From assembly GCA_052327205.1 (NCBI GenBank), contig CM126224.1, positions 28,458,001 to 28,522,000 on the forward strand: a stretch of 64,000 nucleotides of DNA. Direction: 5' to 3'. Shown piece after piece: positions 12,759-24,635 of the stretch (within the stretch, counting starts at the first letter, position 1; every line of letters begins with the position of its first letter). The notes below the pieces were generated by a model. The model did not search any database and was not told the origin of the DNA. It saw only the letters and a list, made by a program, of their open reading frames with translations. The stretch is from Somniosus microcephalus. Its lineage: Eukaryota. A program made the translations under genes and the position numbers.

Positions 12759-15369
12759 CTGCGGGGGAGGGGTGGGGGGTGGGGAGAAGGGGACAAATAT
12801 TACCGTTAAAACATGTTGGTACCTTTTGTCGAATCGGTTAGTCTTATATGCTTTTAGGGTCGCTATGAATGTTCTGTCGCCGTGTGTAACAATATCATAA
12901 ACAGGTTATTTGTTGAATACAAGATGTCGCTGTACACAACAACCAGAGCAACCCCACCACCCCAGGTTTCCACCTAGCAAAGCCCTACACTAACAGGATC
13001 GGTTTTTGCTTGCTAAAGACTGTTAGTATCAGCGGTAGTGTGGAGTTTACCACTTGTTATATTTTAACAGAATTCACTGTGATCCGTCTGGTGGAGGCGA
13101 TCTTCAGAATGCTACACTCTCTTTGCTTTTAATTGTCCGTCTGAAATGTCATTTAAAAAAATCATATACAATCGTCTGTAATTTCGCCCTGAAGTGTGGG
13201 AGTTCTGACTGTCCTGAAGTGAGATAGCCACAGCCGGTGCTCAATGTTGTTCAAAGCAGCTTCACTGTGCCGCCTAAATAAGAACATATCTGATTGTGTC
13301 AATCTTTTTATAAGCATTTATTATTGAAAAAATCTAATTATTATTGCAACGCAATTCCACGCAGAAAGACGTTCAGTTCGTTTACAATCAGTCGTTATTT
13401 CGATAATGAGGTGCTCCTATTTAGAGTTCAAAGTTGAAGCACTTGGTGGGGCCCACTGGGAAAATAACTTTTAGTTTAAAGTACAGATTCGGCTTATGAA
13501 CCTTTTCAATGCACTTTCGTTAACTAACGACGCAATATATTTAGTTTTTCATCAAAACAGTTTGAAATCTAATATATATAAAAGGTACAGAGCTCTTCGC
13601 AATATCCCACCAACTTTAACTTTTTCCGCTAAAGATTGTGATAATTTAATGGCCTTACTGTTATTAGCTTTCATTGCACGCACTGTATTTAGCTTGAAAA
13701 TAAATGGGATTCCTTTCCATTTCCCATAAAAGGTATAAGCATTGCGCATTTATTCTGTTTCGTGTAACATGTCAAACATCTTTGGCTCATTCTGTGCCTG
13801 CTGTAAAAGAACATGCATGCTGAAATAAACACCAGTGTTTTAATTTGGCGAGTTGCTTTAAATTGCGTGGCGCGGTCCTTTAATTAGAAGATCATGCATA
13901 AAACATTACGCTCGGTGCAAAACCGCATCATTAAAAAATTAACTATTTAAATGAACTATATGTAAATAAAAGAGTATTCTGCACAGATGTCGCACGGGCC
14001 AATCTGGCTGTGCCGTGTGAAATCTCGGTGAAATAGTCCTGATCTTTAGATAGGTTTATTACTGGTATCATCTTACTTTAAGAGTTCACTTAATTCGCGC
14101 TGGGTGTGGATTTTGTCAATTAGGTGATCATTTTTCCATATTCTCATCCGTGGACTTACGTGTTTCCCAACTTTTGAAAGGTCCTGGGCTTCCCACTATT
14201 CGGCTATTAATGCGGGAACATCTAGTATTTCATTGCGTTGCAATAAAAATACGGAAAACAATTTTGGAACACTGCAATGGGCCATAGCAACTTGTGCCGA
14301 ACTCCCCCGTGTTTGATCCGCCCCCGGTTTAGAGGGGTTTCTTTCCTCACTCCGTTCGTACCCAATACCAATAGCTGGAAGAGTTACAGCGTGAATCGTT
14401 CCGGCTCAAAAACAGCACAGATAGCTCTGCGTTCGCCACATGCTAAATTCAGACAATAGTTAAGGAATACCTCAAGTCCATGCAATTCCATAAAACAGCC
14501 CCAATACAATTAAACTGGCTAACCGCACGTTTGTTCCTGCTTTCAACCTGCTAAAACAGCTACATTTCTTTCATTTTCGTCCCAATGCATTGGGAATGTA
14601 TTCTGTGTTTTCCCAGGTTATTCTAACAGACTTTTCCCCTACTGGAGGCTGTTCATTCGATTATATTTAACTGCACGAATCATTGTTGCTGGCATTAAAT
14701 TTTATTTAACACAATTAGAACACAATTAAGCATAATTAGAATATTAGCAGAAGCCGCGTTTTATTGTTTCCATTGTATTCTACTTTCGGCATGTTAAGTG
14801 CCAATGTTTTGATTTTTTTTATATATACTAAGTGCCTCCAGAAGCTGGTTACAAGCAACTTCGGCCTTGCATAAAACAATTTAATTGGGTGCTTGTATTA
14901 AGTATTCGGAGTCATTTTTATTCTAGATAGATAATCCTCTCACTCTGCTTTGACGCTATACTCCTGAGCATTGTAATAGGGCTCTGCTGTAAATACATCT
15001 TAAACCCTGATATCTCATTGCATAAAACATTTAAAGAAAAGACCCTGCATAAATTATTCCAGCCCATTTCGTCATCTGAAAGAAATGCTCCCACTTTGCC
15101 TCGGCTTCAATAGGTTAACAAATATGGTATCTATTCTGAAGTACTTCTTGTTAAAAAAAAGTCTTTAATTCGCGCACATGGGTTCAGATAAGGATGGCGG
15201 TAACGTTTAACGTTACTTATGGGTATATCAGTCCAACTCTGACTATTCCACTTAATTATTGTAAAATTCTGCTATTCTGCCTTGTTTACTGCATGCAGTG
15301 TCGTCGCCCTCTGTTTTGCTGCAGCTTCCAGTTGACATTTTGATTTGTGTTTTTAACATGTCTCGGTAC

Positions 15370-15572
15370 CTGTAGTAATCCTCTTTGCAATAGATGCTGC
15401 CATCCTTAGCGAAGCAGGTCAGTTCGGATTCCAGGGCCAGTTTACATTCACAGCACTTGAGGCAACGCATGTGCCACTGTTTGTCCACCGCCAGCAGATA
15501 ATAGCGGTCTGAGATCTTGCCCCCACAGCCAGCGCACAGAGCCGGTCTCTCGCTACTGATGGACGGCATAGT
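15370..15572 (-). CDS. lhx2: Lhx2 coding exon 2, LIM domain 1 (TMPSISSERPALCAGCGGKISDRYYLL...CKEDYY)
   Basis: Acceptor TTTTGCAG|ACT, donor TACAG|GTACC, 203 nt, phase 0 to 2. Encodes the LIM zinc-finger Cys/His pattern. Confidence 0.97.
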
Positions 15573-17180
15573 CTGCAAAAAACACCAGCAGGATACACCC
15601 CATCAGCACCCACTTTGCAACACACCAGATATAGGGTTACATCTCATCAGCTCGAGAATGAGCTAACACCATCCATTAAATCAACTATGTAGCAGATGAT
15701 TTTTCAAAGGAGTATAATGCATGGGTTATGTCGCCTGTTTGGTGGAGTAAATTCCACGGCAAGTTCTTGTTATTTTTGCCAATGATATCATCTATACACA
15801 GTATAAAAAAGTTTTAGGGTATGTTCTAACGGAAGCTGTGCTGTTTAACATCAAATTACTGGTAAACTAAATGGCTAATATACGCAGTTCATCATAATTG
15901 CAAATAATAGTTTCATTCTCTCGTTTTTCCGCATGGTAAAAATTACACTTTGTATTACTTTTTACACTTTTTATTAACCTCGATATACTATTAACTTCAA
16001 ATTCTCACACACATCCAAAGGAACAAATGCACAAGAAACTATGGTCTACCTGCTCCGTTATACACAAAGAGCCTTGTTTACACCCATCACTATCACTGCA
16101 GTTTAAAACACTTCAGCAGCACTGAAGGGCAGAATATTCCTGCTATCAATTTCACTCCATGGAACGGACAGGTTTATTTTACATATAGGGATCGGTGTTC
16201 CTTTCCCAAACTATTAATCATATTCTGTTGTAATAACTGTCACGTCTAAAGTCGCTGTTTTATGACATGTGCTGCTATTTATGATCCAGGCCTTTCCTGA
16301 GCTGTAGTCATCCTGAAGTCTAAGCAACCTATTGAACCAGCCCATTACGGACAATTCCTTGTAATCTAGACAGAAGCGATGTGAAATAAACCTGTCTGAA
16401 TCAACTATGTGTACTCCAGCAAATCCTGTGAAACGCTTTAAACTGCATTCGATCGATTTAGCTGCCGAATATGTTTTGTTACACTTCTTTCAGACAGATT
16501 CCATTCATATATTTTACGAAATTAAACCAGACCACGTTTTCTATCCTTTTACGAGAAAAGCCCGAATATAAGCAAAGTACATTCAGATAAAATATCTTCC
16601 GTGGCCGTGTTGTGATTCTCTTCAATTATTTTTTACTAAACCTGGGCGCACCCATTGGTTTTAATCACTGCTTCGATTTGAAAATAAAACTTCATCAAAT
16701 TCAAGGGATACACCGAACCGTGTTAGCCTTGAATTTTTATTAAGTTTTTTTTGTTTTGTGAGAGCAATTTAAAAAAAAAAACCCGTCCGGACTCGTTTAT
16801 ATTCCGAAACTGCTCGGATCTGCTGGTCGGTATAGAGTTTTTAAGACTCGTTAGCATTCTCTAAAGTTGCTGTATCCCCAAGTACATCTTCATTTAAAAT
16901 CTGATTAATTTTAATGCCTCATTAAATCATACAAATCTGATAAATACTCCAGATGATATCGGTAAGACTTCAGCACTGACTCCTCCTAATTTAGTTTTAA
17001 TATAGACATTTTGGTATCTTTGCAGTAATATGCTCTCAATTATACAGAAGATACAAATATGAATAAAAATACAGAACTTACTTCGTGAAGCGTAGACGCA
17101 TAAAATGATTTTTTTTTAAATAACAATTGCCTAATCCCAGCGCAGTCCTCTATAGATTGTTTTAAAGCTCTGGTGCCTAC

Positions 17181-17354
17181 CGTTTCTCTCTCCCCCATGT
17201 CTATCCCCGAACTGATGGCTTGCTCGTTCTTGGATCGTCTTTCCATCTCCTCCATAACTCCCTGCATCTCACCCCCCGAGATTCCATGGAAAAGCATCGC
17301 TGACTGACGGAAATTACACGTGTCTTGTTCAGATTTCGAACCCAGAACTTCCAT
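17181..17354 (-). CDS. lhx2: LIM/homeobox protein Lhx2, coding exon 1 (MEVLGSKSEQDTCNFRQSA-MLFHGISGGEMQGVMEEMERRSKNEQAISSGIDMGERET)
   Basis: Translation matches the Lhx2/9 N-terminus; AISSGIDMGERET is Lhx2-type. Phase-0 donor ACG|GTAGGC at 17181/17180. In-frame ATGs at 17378, 17354 and 17297, so the start codon is uncertain. Confidence 0.88.
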
Positions 17355-17759
17355 AAGACGCAGACCTAACCCATGCATTTAGCCACAGTTCTCTAAATCT
17401 TTCCCTCAATAGAAAAAAGAGAGCGAGGTCAAACCACAGGTTCGGTCTTAAAAAGAATAAGAAAATAAAAAAACAATCACGTCTCTTGGAACGGTTTTTT
17501 TTTGAGGGGGGGGGGGGGACCCGCTCTCTTTAAACAGCTCCCATCAAGATGTGTTGTCGCCTAGTTGATCACATGGAAAAAAATACAGGGTTTTTTGCAA
17601 TGTCTGATCTCGATGCAAAAAGCTGCAGACTTGAAGGCTTGTTGTTTTTAGTAAGTTACTCTTCTGCAAAGCAAAGCCTTGTGTGAGTAATTGGGGAGGA
17701 GGAGTTCGCTCTGCATTTAGTGTAATCCTTTAACGCCACTGACTTGCAAAGCTTTTTCT

Positions 17760-17880
17760 TTCTCTCTTTGATTGACAGCTGAGAGCAGCGCGGACTCCGC
17801 GCCTTTTCTACCGGGACCGTACGTCGCCGCCCCCGCCTCCCCATTGGCTGTCTGGACGTCGCCTCCTTCCTATTATAGCA
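17760..17880 (-). promoter_or_regulatory. Probable lhx2 proximal promoter (CCAAT box, GC boxes, PBX-TALE decamer)
   Basis: CpG-rich patch 400-500 bp upstream of the ATG. Minus-strand AGCCAATG (CCAAT at 17843-17847), GGAGGCGGGGGCGG (about 17827-17840) and TGATTGACAG at 17769-17778. The TSS itself cannot be seen. Confidence 0.65.
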
Positions 17881-20099
17881 GCGCGTGCTGAGGGCTTTCA
17901 CATTTAAAGGGAGACTGCTCAGGTTCCATGGAAAAAAAAACATTTTAAGAGTTCAACATTTTTTTTACAGACTTAAAGGCGCAGTGCCATAATTAGTTAG
18001 TCTCATTGTTATCCTTTAAATCAATCTCAAACATACCACAGGCGTTCGGCTCATTGCAGTAATTACCCTGGGTAACTCGACTTCACCAGATAGCTACTTT
18101 CCAAAGATGCATTTAACTATAATAGCACTTAAGGCAGTGATATATAATAAACAGAAAATAAAAAAATGTGCTTGCAGAGACTTCATTGGCTGTGGCATCA
18201 GGTCATTTACAATAGTTAAATCGATTGCACATAACAGGACATTTGGTGACAATGTACGGAATAGAACCGGGATTTACACACAATTTGCAATTATCGATTA
18301 TCAATTGTGTTAAATTGGATTAGAATGGCACAACATGTGGATTCAACACGATGAGGCAAGCAAAGACAGGCGTATCCACCACTCAGTGTCCCTTTACAAA
18401 AGCCAATCCCACTCTGCCATCGCATTTTCAGGGTCTCCCTTTAAAAATATAGTACATTACAATATAAGTCTTAAGAAGATCCATATTATCGTTGCACAGT
18501 TTTATTCCGCTGACTTAATACGCATATCCTATTACAAGTGACACATATTCACCACCGAAAGAGGATAGGCATCTCATATGATATGAAACCTATTTATATC
18601 GCAACTTTCTGTCAGCATTTTGTTGGCCACAGTGGCGAATTGAAGAAAAGTAGATAAAAGTTCCATCAAAATATGGCCAGTGTCGTTTGCTATTGGTTAA
18701 GGACAACATTTCAGATGGCCGGTGTCCGAATGTAGTACAAACCGCACAGCACCGTTTTAAACCCAACGAGAAGACTTTATACCACAGCCGCCCCAGCATA
18801 CAAACCAGTTTCATTTTAATGATTCGTGCAGTTTTGAAGACATTTTAAACGCTGTAGGTGGCAGCAATTTAAAATATCAGACTTTTTGAATGTATTTTTC
18901 TAGATTACAAAGGTCTTCTTGATAACTCTTGCCCATATTAATAGCCAGTTAGTACGAGTTAAATGGTCAGAAATGTAAATGATTCCAGAGAAAACCTATA
19001 GTCTGGCTACTAATCAACGGCATGCTATACTATGGGGTATGTTAATTAAAAGTTGTAATTAATTAGTTGGCTATATGCTTCAAACATATTTAATGGCGAA
19101 TCCAATGGATATCGTGTGATTCTTTTTCCAAAGAGCAACAACATTCAGATTCAGTTGTGAAGCTCCATGGACAGGTAACCGTTATATTTGTAACTATCGG
19201 ATTACCATACAAAACGCTGTGGATGGTCCGTTGCTGCAGATATGCTTTGCCCCACTGGTGTCAACGTCGGCAGGCTCGCAGAGGACACCCGGGAAGAACG
19301 GTCCACTTCAGGTGGCGGCTTGTCTTGCTCATAAGGTTTCCTAGATTGTGATCAATTCTGCTTCGAATGGCCGGGAGCATGGTGGTGTTTGATTGCCATG
19401 TATTGGGCATGTCAATCATTTGGGTTCAAAGAATGAAGAAAACAAACTAGGCTAACTGCATGTCTATATGTAATATATATATGAAATTATGCATTAGAGG
19501 AAGGGAACGAGGTCATGGGAATGGGCAGAGGGTTTTTTTTTTTAACGTAGTGGGTATTATTGTCCAAGTCTGAGCCCTACACGGATGGTGATGAAGCTTC
19601 AGTTGGGACCAAGGACAAGTTTGTTGTAACGAGAGGTCTGTGACTAATAGCAGTATATACATATATACATACACATACACTGCTTCATAGCAAACATTAG
19701 ATATATATTTTATGTGTATGTGAGAGAGAGAAAATGTGTCTGTGCGGCCGAATTGCTTTAATATTGACCAGTTTACAAAATCGTGTTGCATGTGACAGAA
19801 CACAATCTAATAAAGCTCATAAAGCATACTCTAATTAGAAGACACCGTGCAGTGATTATTCAAGACCTTTCTGTGCATTTTGCTTCATTGCAGAAAGAGT
19901 TAAAGCTGCACTACTCAAATAGTCGTTTTATAAAACCATTAAAACAAACCCGTTGCCCGTATACAACAGGGTCTCCTAATTACAATAGCTTGCTGACAGC
20001 CTCTGGATTGGTAATCGTTTCCTTTTCTGCGTGCAAAACCAGGGGACAGTTTGTAGATATTGATAATTCAGAAGATTCTCACTGCAATTGGAAAGCAGT

Positions 20100-20727
20100 T
20101 CATAGAATGGTTACAGCACGGAAGACGACCATTCGGCTGGTCGAGGCCCTCCGCTGGTCCCACTCCCCCGCCCTTTCCCTGTAGCCCTGCAAATTTAAAA
20201 GCCATAATTGAATCTGCCTCCACCATCCTGTCAGGCAGTGCATTCCAGATCCTAACCATTCGCTGGTAAAAAAGTTTTTTTGTCGCCTTTGGTTCTTTTG
20301 CCAATCACCTTAAATCTGTGTCCTCTGGTTCTCAACCCTTCAGCCAATGGGAACAGTCTCTCTCTATCTACTCTGTCTGGACCCCTCATGGTTTTGAACA
20401 CCTCTATCAAATCTCCTCTCAACCTTCTCTGCTCCAAAGAGAACAACCCCAGCTTCTCCAGTCTATCCACGTAACTGAAATCTCTCATCCCTGGAATCAT
20501 TCTCGTAAATCTTTTCTGCACCCTCTCTAAGGCCTTCACATCCTTCCTAAAGTGTGGTGCCCAGAATTGGACAGTCCTCCAGTTGGGGCCGAACCTGTGT
20601 TTTAGACAGGTTCATCATAATTTCCACAGGATCCCCAAGCCTTTTTAACCGCTTTCTCAACCTGCCCTGCCACCTTCAACGATTTGTGAACATTACACCC
20701 CCAGGTCTCTCTGTTCGTGCACCCCTT
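20100..20727 (-). mobile_element. CR1 (HER1-like) LINE 3' end
   Basis: ORF remnant ALERVQKRFTRMIPGMRDFSYVDRLEKLGLFSLEQRRLRGDLIEVFK and tail '...gtgctgtaaccattctatg'. Same subfamily as 50229-50712. Confidence 0.92.
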
Positions 20728-23368
20728 CAGGATTCGTAGATTAACAAATTTAATTATTCAATCTATAACTTAACTCTGTGTGTGTGTGTGTATCATTGGT
20801 GGGGACCACAGATTGCGAACTTAAAATGCAAATACCTGTAGTACACAGCAGTGATAGTCTATGGGTGTAATATGAATGCATAGACTTTTCGCTATTAAAC
20901 AAATGATTTATAAAAGTTGTTAAAGCATGTTTGAATAATCCAAAGATAAACGGGTTGGTACGTTACTTTTCTACTTACATGTGCTTCCGTTGTAAACCTC
21001 CATTTCTGATAGATGAAAGTTTATTCCCTGTCTGTGAAAAAGGGCGCGGTGCGCGCCTGTGGGGTAGCTTTGAATACGTCGCTGGGGTAATCTGAGGCAA
21101 ATGAATGTGCTGTAGTTTGTGCAGATGAGAGTCCTTCCTGCAGCTCCATCTCCCTCCCTACCCAGTGGGTATGCAGTACATCCTGGACTAGATATCGTTT
21201 TTAACACTCGCAGTTGAAATAATGTCTTTGAAGTATGCAGTAATTACAATTTTAACGCGTCAAATAGGATCTAAACATATACGTTCATACGGTGTTTTCC
21301 CACAACAGTCAGAATTTTGTATCCTACGGTAACTGAAAAATGAGTCGAACGTTGGCCAGATGCCATGTTATCATTAAATCCCCAGTACGTGGATCCCAGG
21401 CGTGACGTCTGAGCTTTCTTTTTTTTTGCCTTGTAATTAAAATAATTCCTATCGGAATATTCACACGACATGTATTGCAAATATAGCTGTTAGCGCCAAC
21501 CTTTAAACATAACGCACGGCGGGTGTTGGGAACCTTGTCTGACACAGACTACAACCAGATCGCCTTAGAAAACAGAAATAATCATGTTAGTCCGGGGAAC
21601 AGAGCGTGCCCAATCAGAACAAGATTAAACTTGGAAATCAAGGCTTTCCGAGGCGGTTACAAAGAAGCCGGGGGCCATACTGGATACAGATGTAATGCAG
21701 ACAAAAGCCAAAGTGAAACCAGCGCCAGGTCTAATCCACAGAGTCAAAAATGTATATACTGTATGTGTACATTTATCCTGCAAATCGTGTTTGTCCATGG
21801 TTCTGCCTCTGCCAATTTGCAAGGTCATGGTTACATGGAATCCACGTGTATAGACAGGCCTTGGCAGTGTTTCTGCAGTCACTTAATCCACAGCGCTAAC
21901 TGTGGGTGGGGGTTCTCACTGCTTCCCAAATGAGGTGAATAATAGATCTTTCTAACTTTAATTTTCGTAATTTGATGGCATTAAAAGTATGAAGTGCATT
22001 CACTTCTGCCGTATGTATTCACATAAAGATGGAACAGATTTAAAGTAGATATGGTCCGGTAGATTAAAATAACAGTTGAAATGTATTCATTAAAACGATC
22101 GTCACCAAGCTACTCTTAGGCTATTCTGGAAGTGAAGCAGGTGTGTGTGTTGGTAGTTGATGTTGATAGTATAGATTCTGTCTGCAGGTTGGATTTCCTG
22201 CGCCGGGTAAAAGGTGACAGGTGAACAAATCGTGAGCCTGGAGCTGCGAGAAACAGCCTCTCTATGTAAACGTCACCATCTCCAGTACCATCTGCTGTCA
22301 GCCGGCCTACCACACCAACACACAAAGGTACCAGCTTCCAGCCAGCAACCGTGACTAACTCCTAACAATAGAATTCAAATCGCAGACTGCTTAATCCACG
22401 GGATCGAGGTTTGCACAGATAACTGACAGGTTGTAGATTAGTTACCATTATCTAGCAAATCTCTTGATATTATTGGGTGACATAACTATCACTATATTCC
22501 TCCCTACTTAAATGATTTTATCTGAATAGAAAATGCAAGTACTTAATTTGATATAAATTGAACTGTGAATTAAAACCTGTAATTGCTCTAGGCGCCTAAT
22601 ATATTGCTTGATGTTGGTTTTATATCTTCATGCACTGTGATTGACAAGCTGTAATTAATCATCGTTATTGCCCTTGTAACTATGGGTTTATTTTGAAACC
22701 CTCATCAGTAATTTTCTCGAGTACAATAATCAGGCGTTTTATTTTCGTGTTTTTTTCTCTAAATGAAAAGATAATATTAGATTAAATTACAAATATGCTT
22801 ACACGAGTAATTTAATGGTGCATTGATGCCACATTTCGATTACTGGAAACTCTTGTGAATACTATTTAGATCTGTTGCTCTGTTTAATTCTCTCTTCCTA
22901 TGTATGGGTTAGTTAAGCTCAGTTGCATTTTATTTTGCTAAACATTCGCTGTTTTTTTTCCTGTGGAAAAAGCTGTTCGTAATTACCGGTAATGGAAAGT
23001 TGAAGTGAATATGTATGTTTGAATTTAAATACACAGTGGGGGGGGGGGGGGGGGTGGAGGAAGGGAATGTTAACACTGAAAGGTGGAACGAGTAAAAGAT
23101 TTCACTCCAGTGAGTGTCATCACAAAACATGTTTGTCGACTAAACGGCTAAAGTTTAACAATGTGATAATGTTGTCGAAACATCTAAAGCACTTCGGCAC
23201 CACTTCATTCACAGATTTAATTTCTTATAATAATCGGAGAGGGGGACGCAAAATGATTTTCTAACGCAGAGTCCTGAGCGTCTGAGGCCTTCTGCCTTCA
23301 CGCAGTGTCTGTTCACTGGTACAGTTCTCCACCACCTCCCATGTCTGGTATAAGGAAGCGTTCAGGTT

Positions 23369-23386
23369 CGCCAGCAGGAGGCGCTC
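23369..23386 (+). promoter_or_regulatory. Candidate CTCF site
   Basis: CCAGCAGGAGGCGC differs from the CTCF core CCAGCAGGGGGCGC at one position. Motif match only. Confidence 0.4.
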
Positions 23387-24612
23387 ACAAACTTGCAGAG
23401 ACCAACAAGGGACGGATGCATCTTGCGAGCGGGACCGAAGCACCTCCACCAGACAATCAAGAACGATTACAATTCTCACACAAATGTCTCGAGTTGAAAT
23501 TTGGCTTATGTAAACATTTGACCTCGTGATCCCAGAGAAATGTAAAAGGAGTTTTTTTTTAAACTGTACAACCGTAAAACAAACTCTTGGACTGTACTCT
23601 CCTGGTAAACTTCAGCGACATCATTTATGTAGGCAACGTGTGGATGTCGGGATATGTATGGGAGGGGCGTGAAACCTACCTGCTTTAATTGAACAGAGTT
23701 ACTGCCTACTGACAACTTCATTTGTCACGGTTTCACCGCCTATATTTCATTTCAGAAGCTGGATCCCAAGACGTGAGGAACGCGTGTTATGGGAACTCTA
23801 CGAGACAGCGTACAATACGCCACGAGCTCAATATCATACGTAAATACAACATGAAACATTAATATAAATCATAAAACATTTTCCTTTTATCACTAACTAT
23901 ACATGGAAATACTTCATACTAAAGAGGATTGCGTGTGTCTTGAATGGAAGATTTCAGTTCAGTTATGTCCCACTTGCCTATGTTCTGTATTAACTTAAGT
24001 CTGGGATACAACTCAGTGAGTCGTGATCGGGGTCTCCCTCAGTATTCTGAACGTGCACATAGACATAGATTCCATTGAGCATGAATATGCCAGGTCAAAC
24101 TTTGTCAATGACTTGAATGATGTTATTTTATAAAGAAAATATTAACGGACGATTGGTAGAAGCTTCTCATCAGCACCACAACTCCTGATTTTACTGTTCA
24201 GACAACTCACTTTCTCAATGTGGTGATGGAATTGATTCATGGGCGTTGATTTCTCGGCCCGTGCCAAATCAGCCCGAGTTTTACTGCACTTGCCCACTCC
24301 GGCTATATAACAACTGCACTAATCAGACAATACTGTACCAATCTATTCTCCACAAACCATTCCCCTGTAATTGTTTCGTTATAGTTGGAAATAAAAGATT
24401 TCTTCCGAGCATAGCATGTTTCACTAATAAAGCTGGGTAATTGTAATTACGTGTATGCCATCGCTACGATTCCTGTCGCGATAAACATGTTTTAGAAAGT
24501 ACAGCTGTTGAAATGTTTAAAGCGCCATCGTGTCACTTGACTGTATTTTGGTGAATCGTTCCTCCCGATTGTTTACAACTTCGTGAGTATCCGAATACGA
24601 TATAACTCTGCC

Positions 24613-24635
24613 TGTGTGTGTGTGTGTGTGTGTGT
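24613..24635. repeat. (TG)11 microsatellite
   Basis: Direct reading. Confidence 0.9.

Noticed and set aside
760-17354. Calling the gene lhx9
   Set aside because: Most diagnostic segments (AISSGID..ET-TMPSISS, WHMRC, DLVYHLN, AHFNH, PGPGADLAAYNAALS) are Lhx2-type.
23670-23721. Candidate upstream coding exon (MKLSVGSNSVQLKQ|GTAGG) for lhx2
   Set aside because: The donor is phase 0 while the internal acceptor at 17299 needs phase 1, and there is no similarity to the Lhx9 upstream exon. A non-coding or exon-2-joining use cannot be excluded but has no support.
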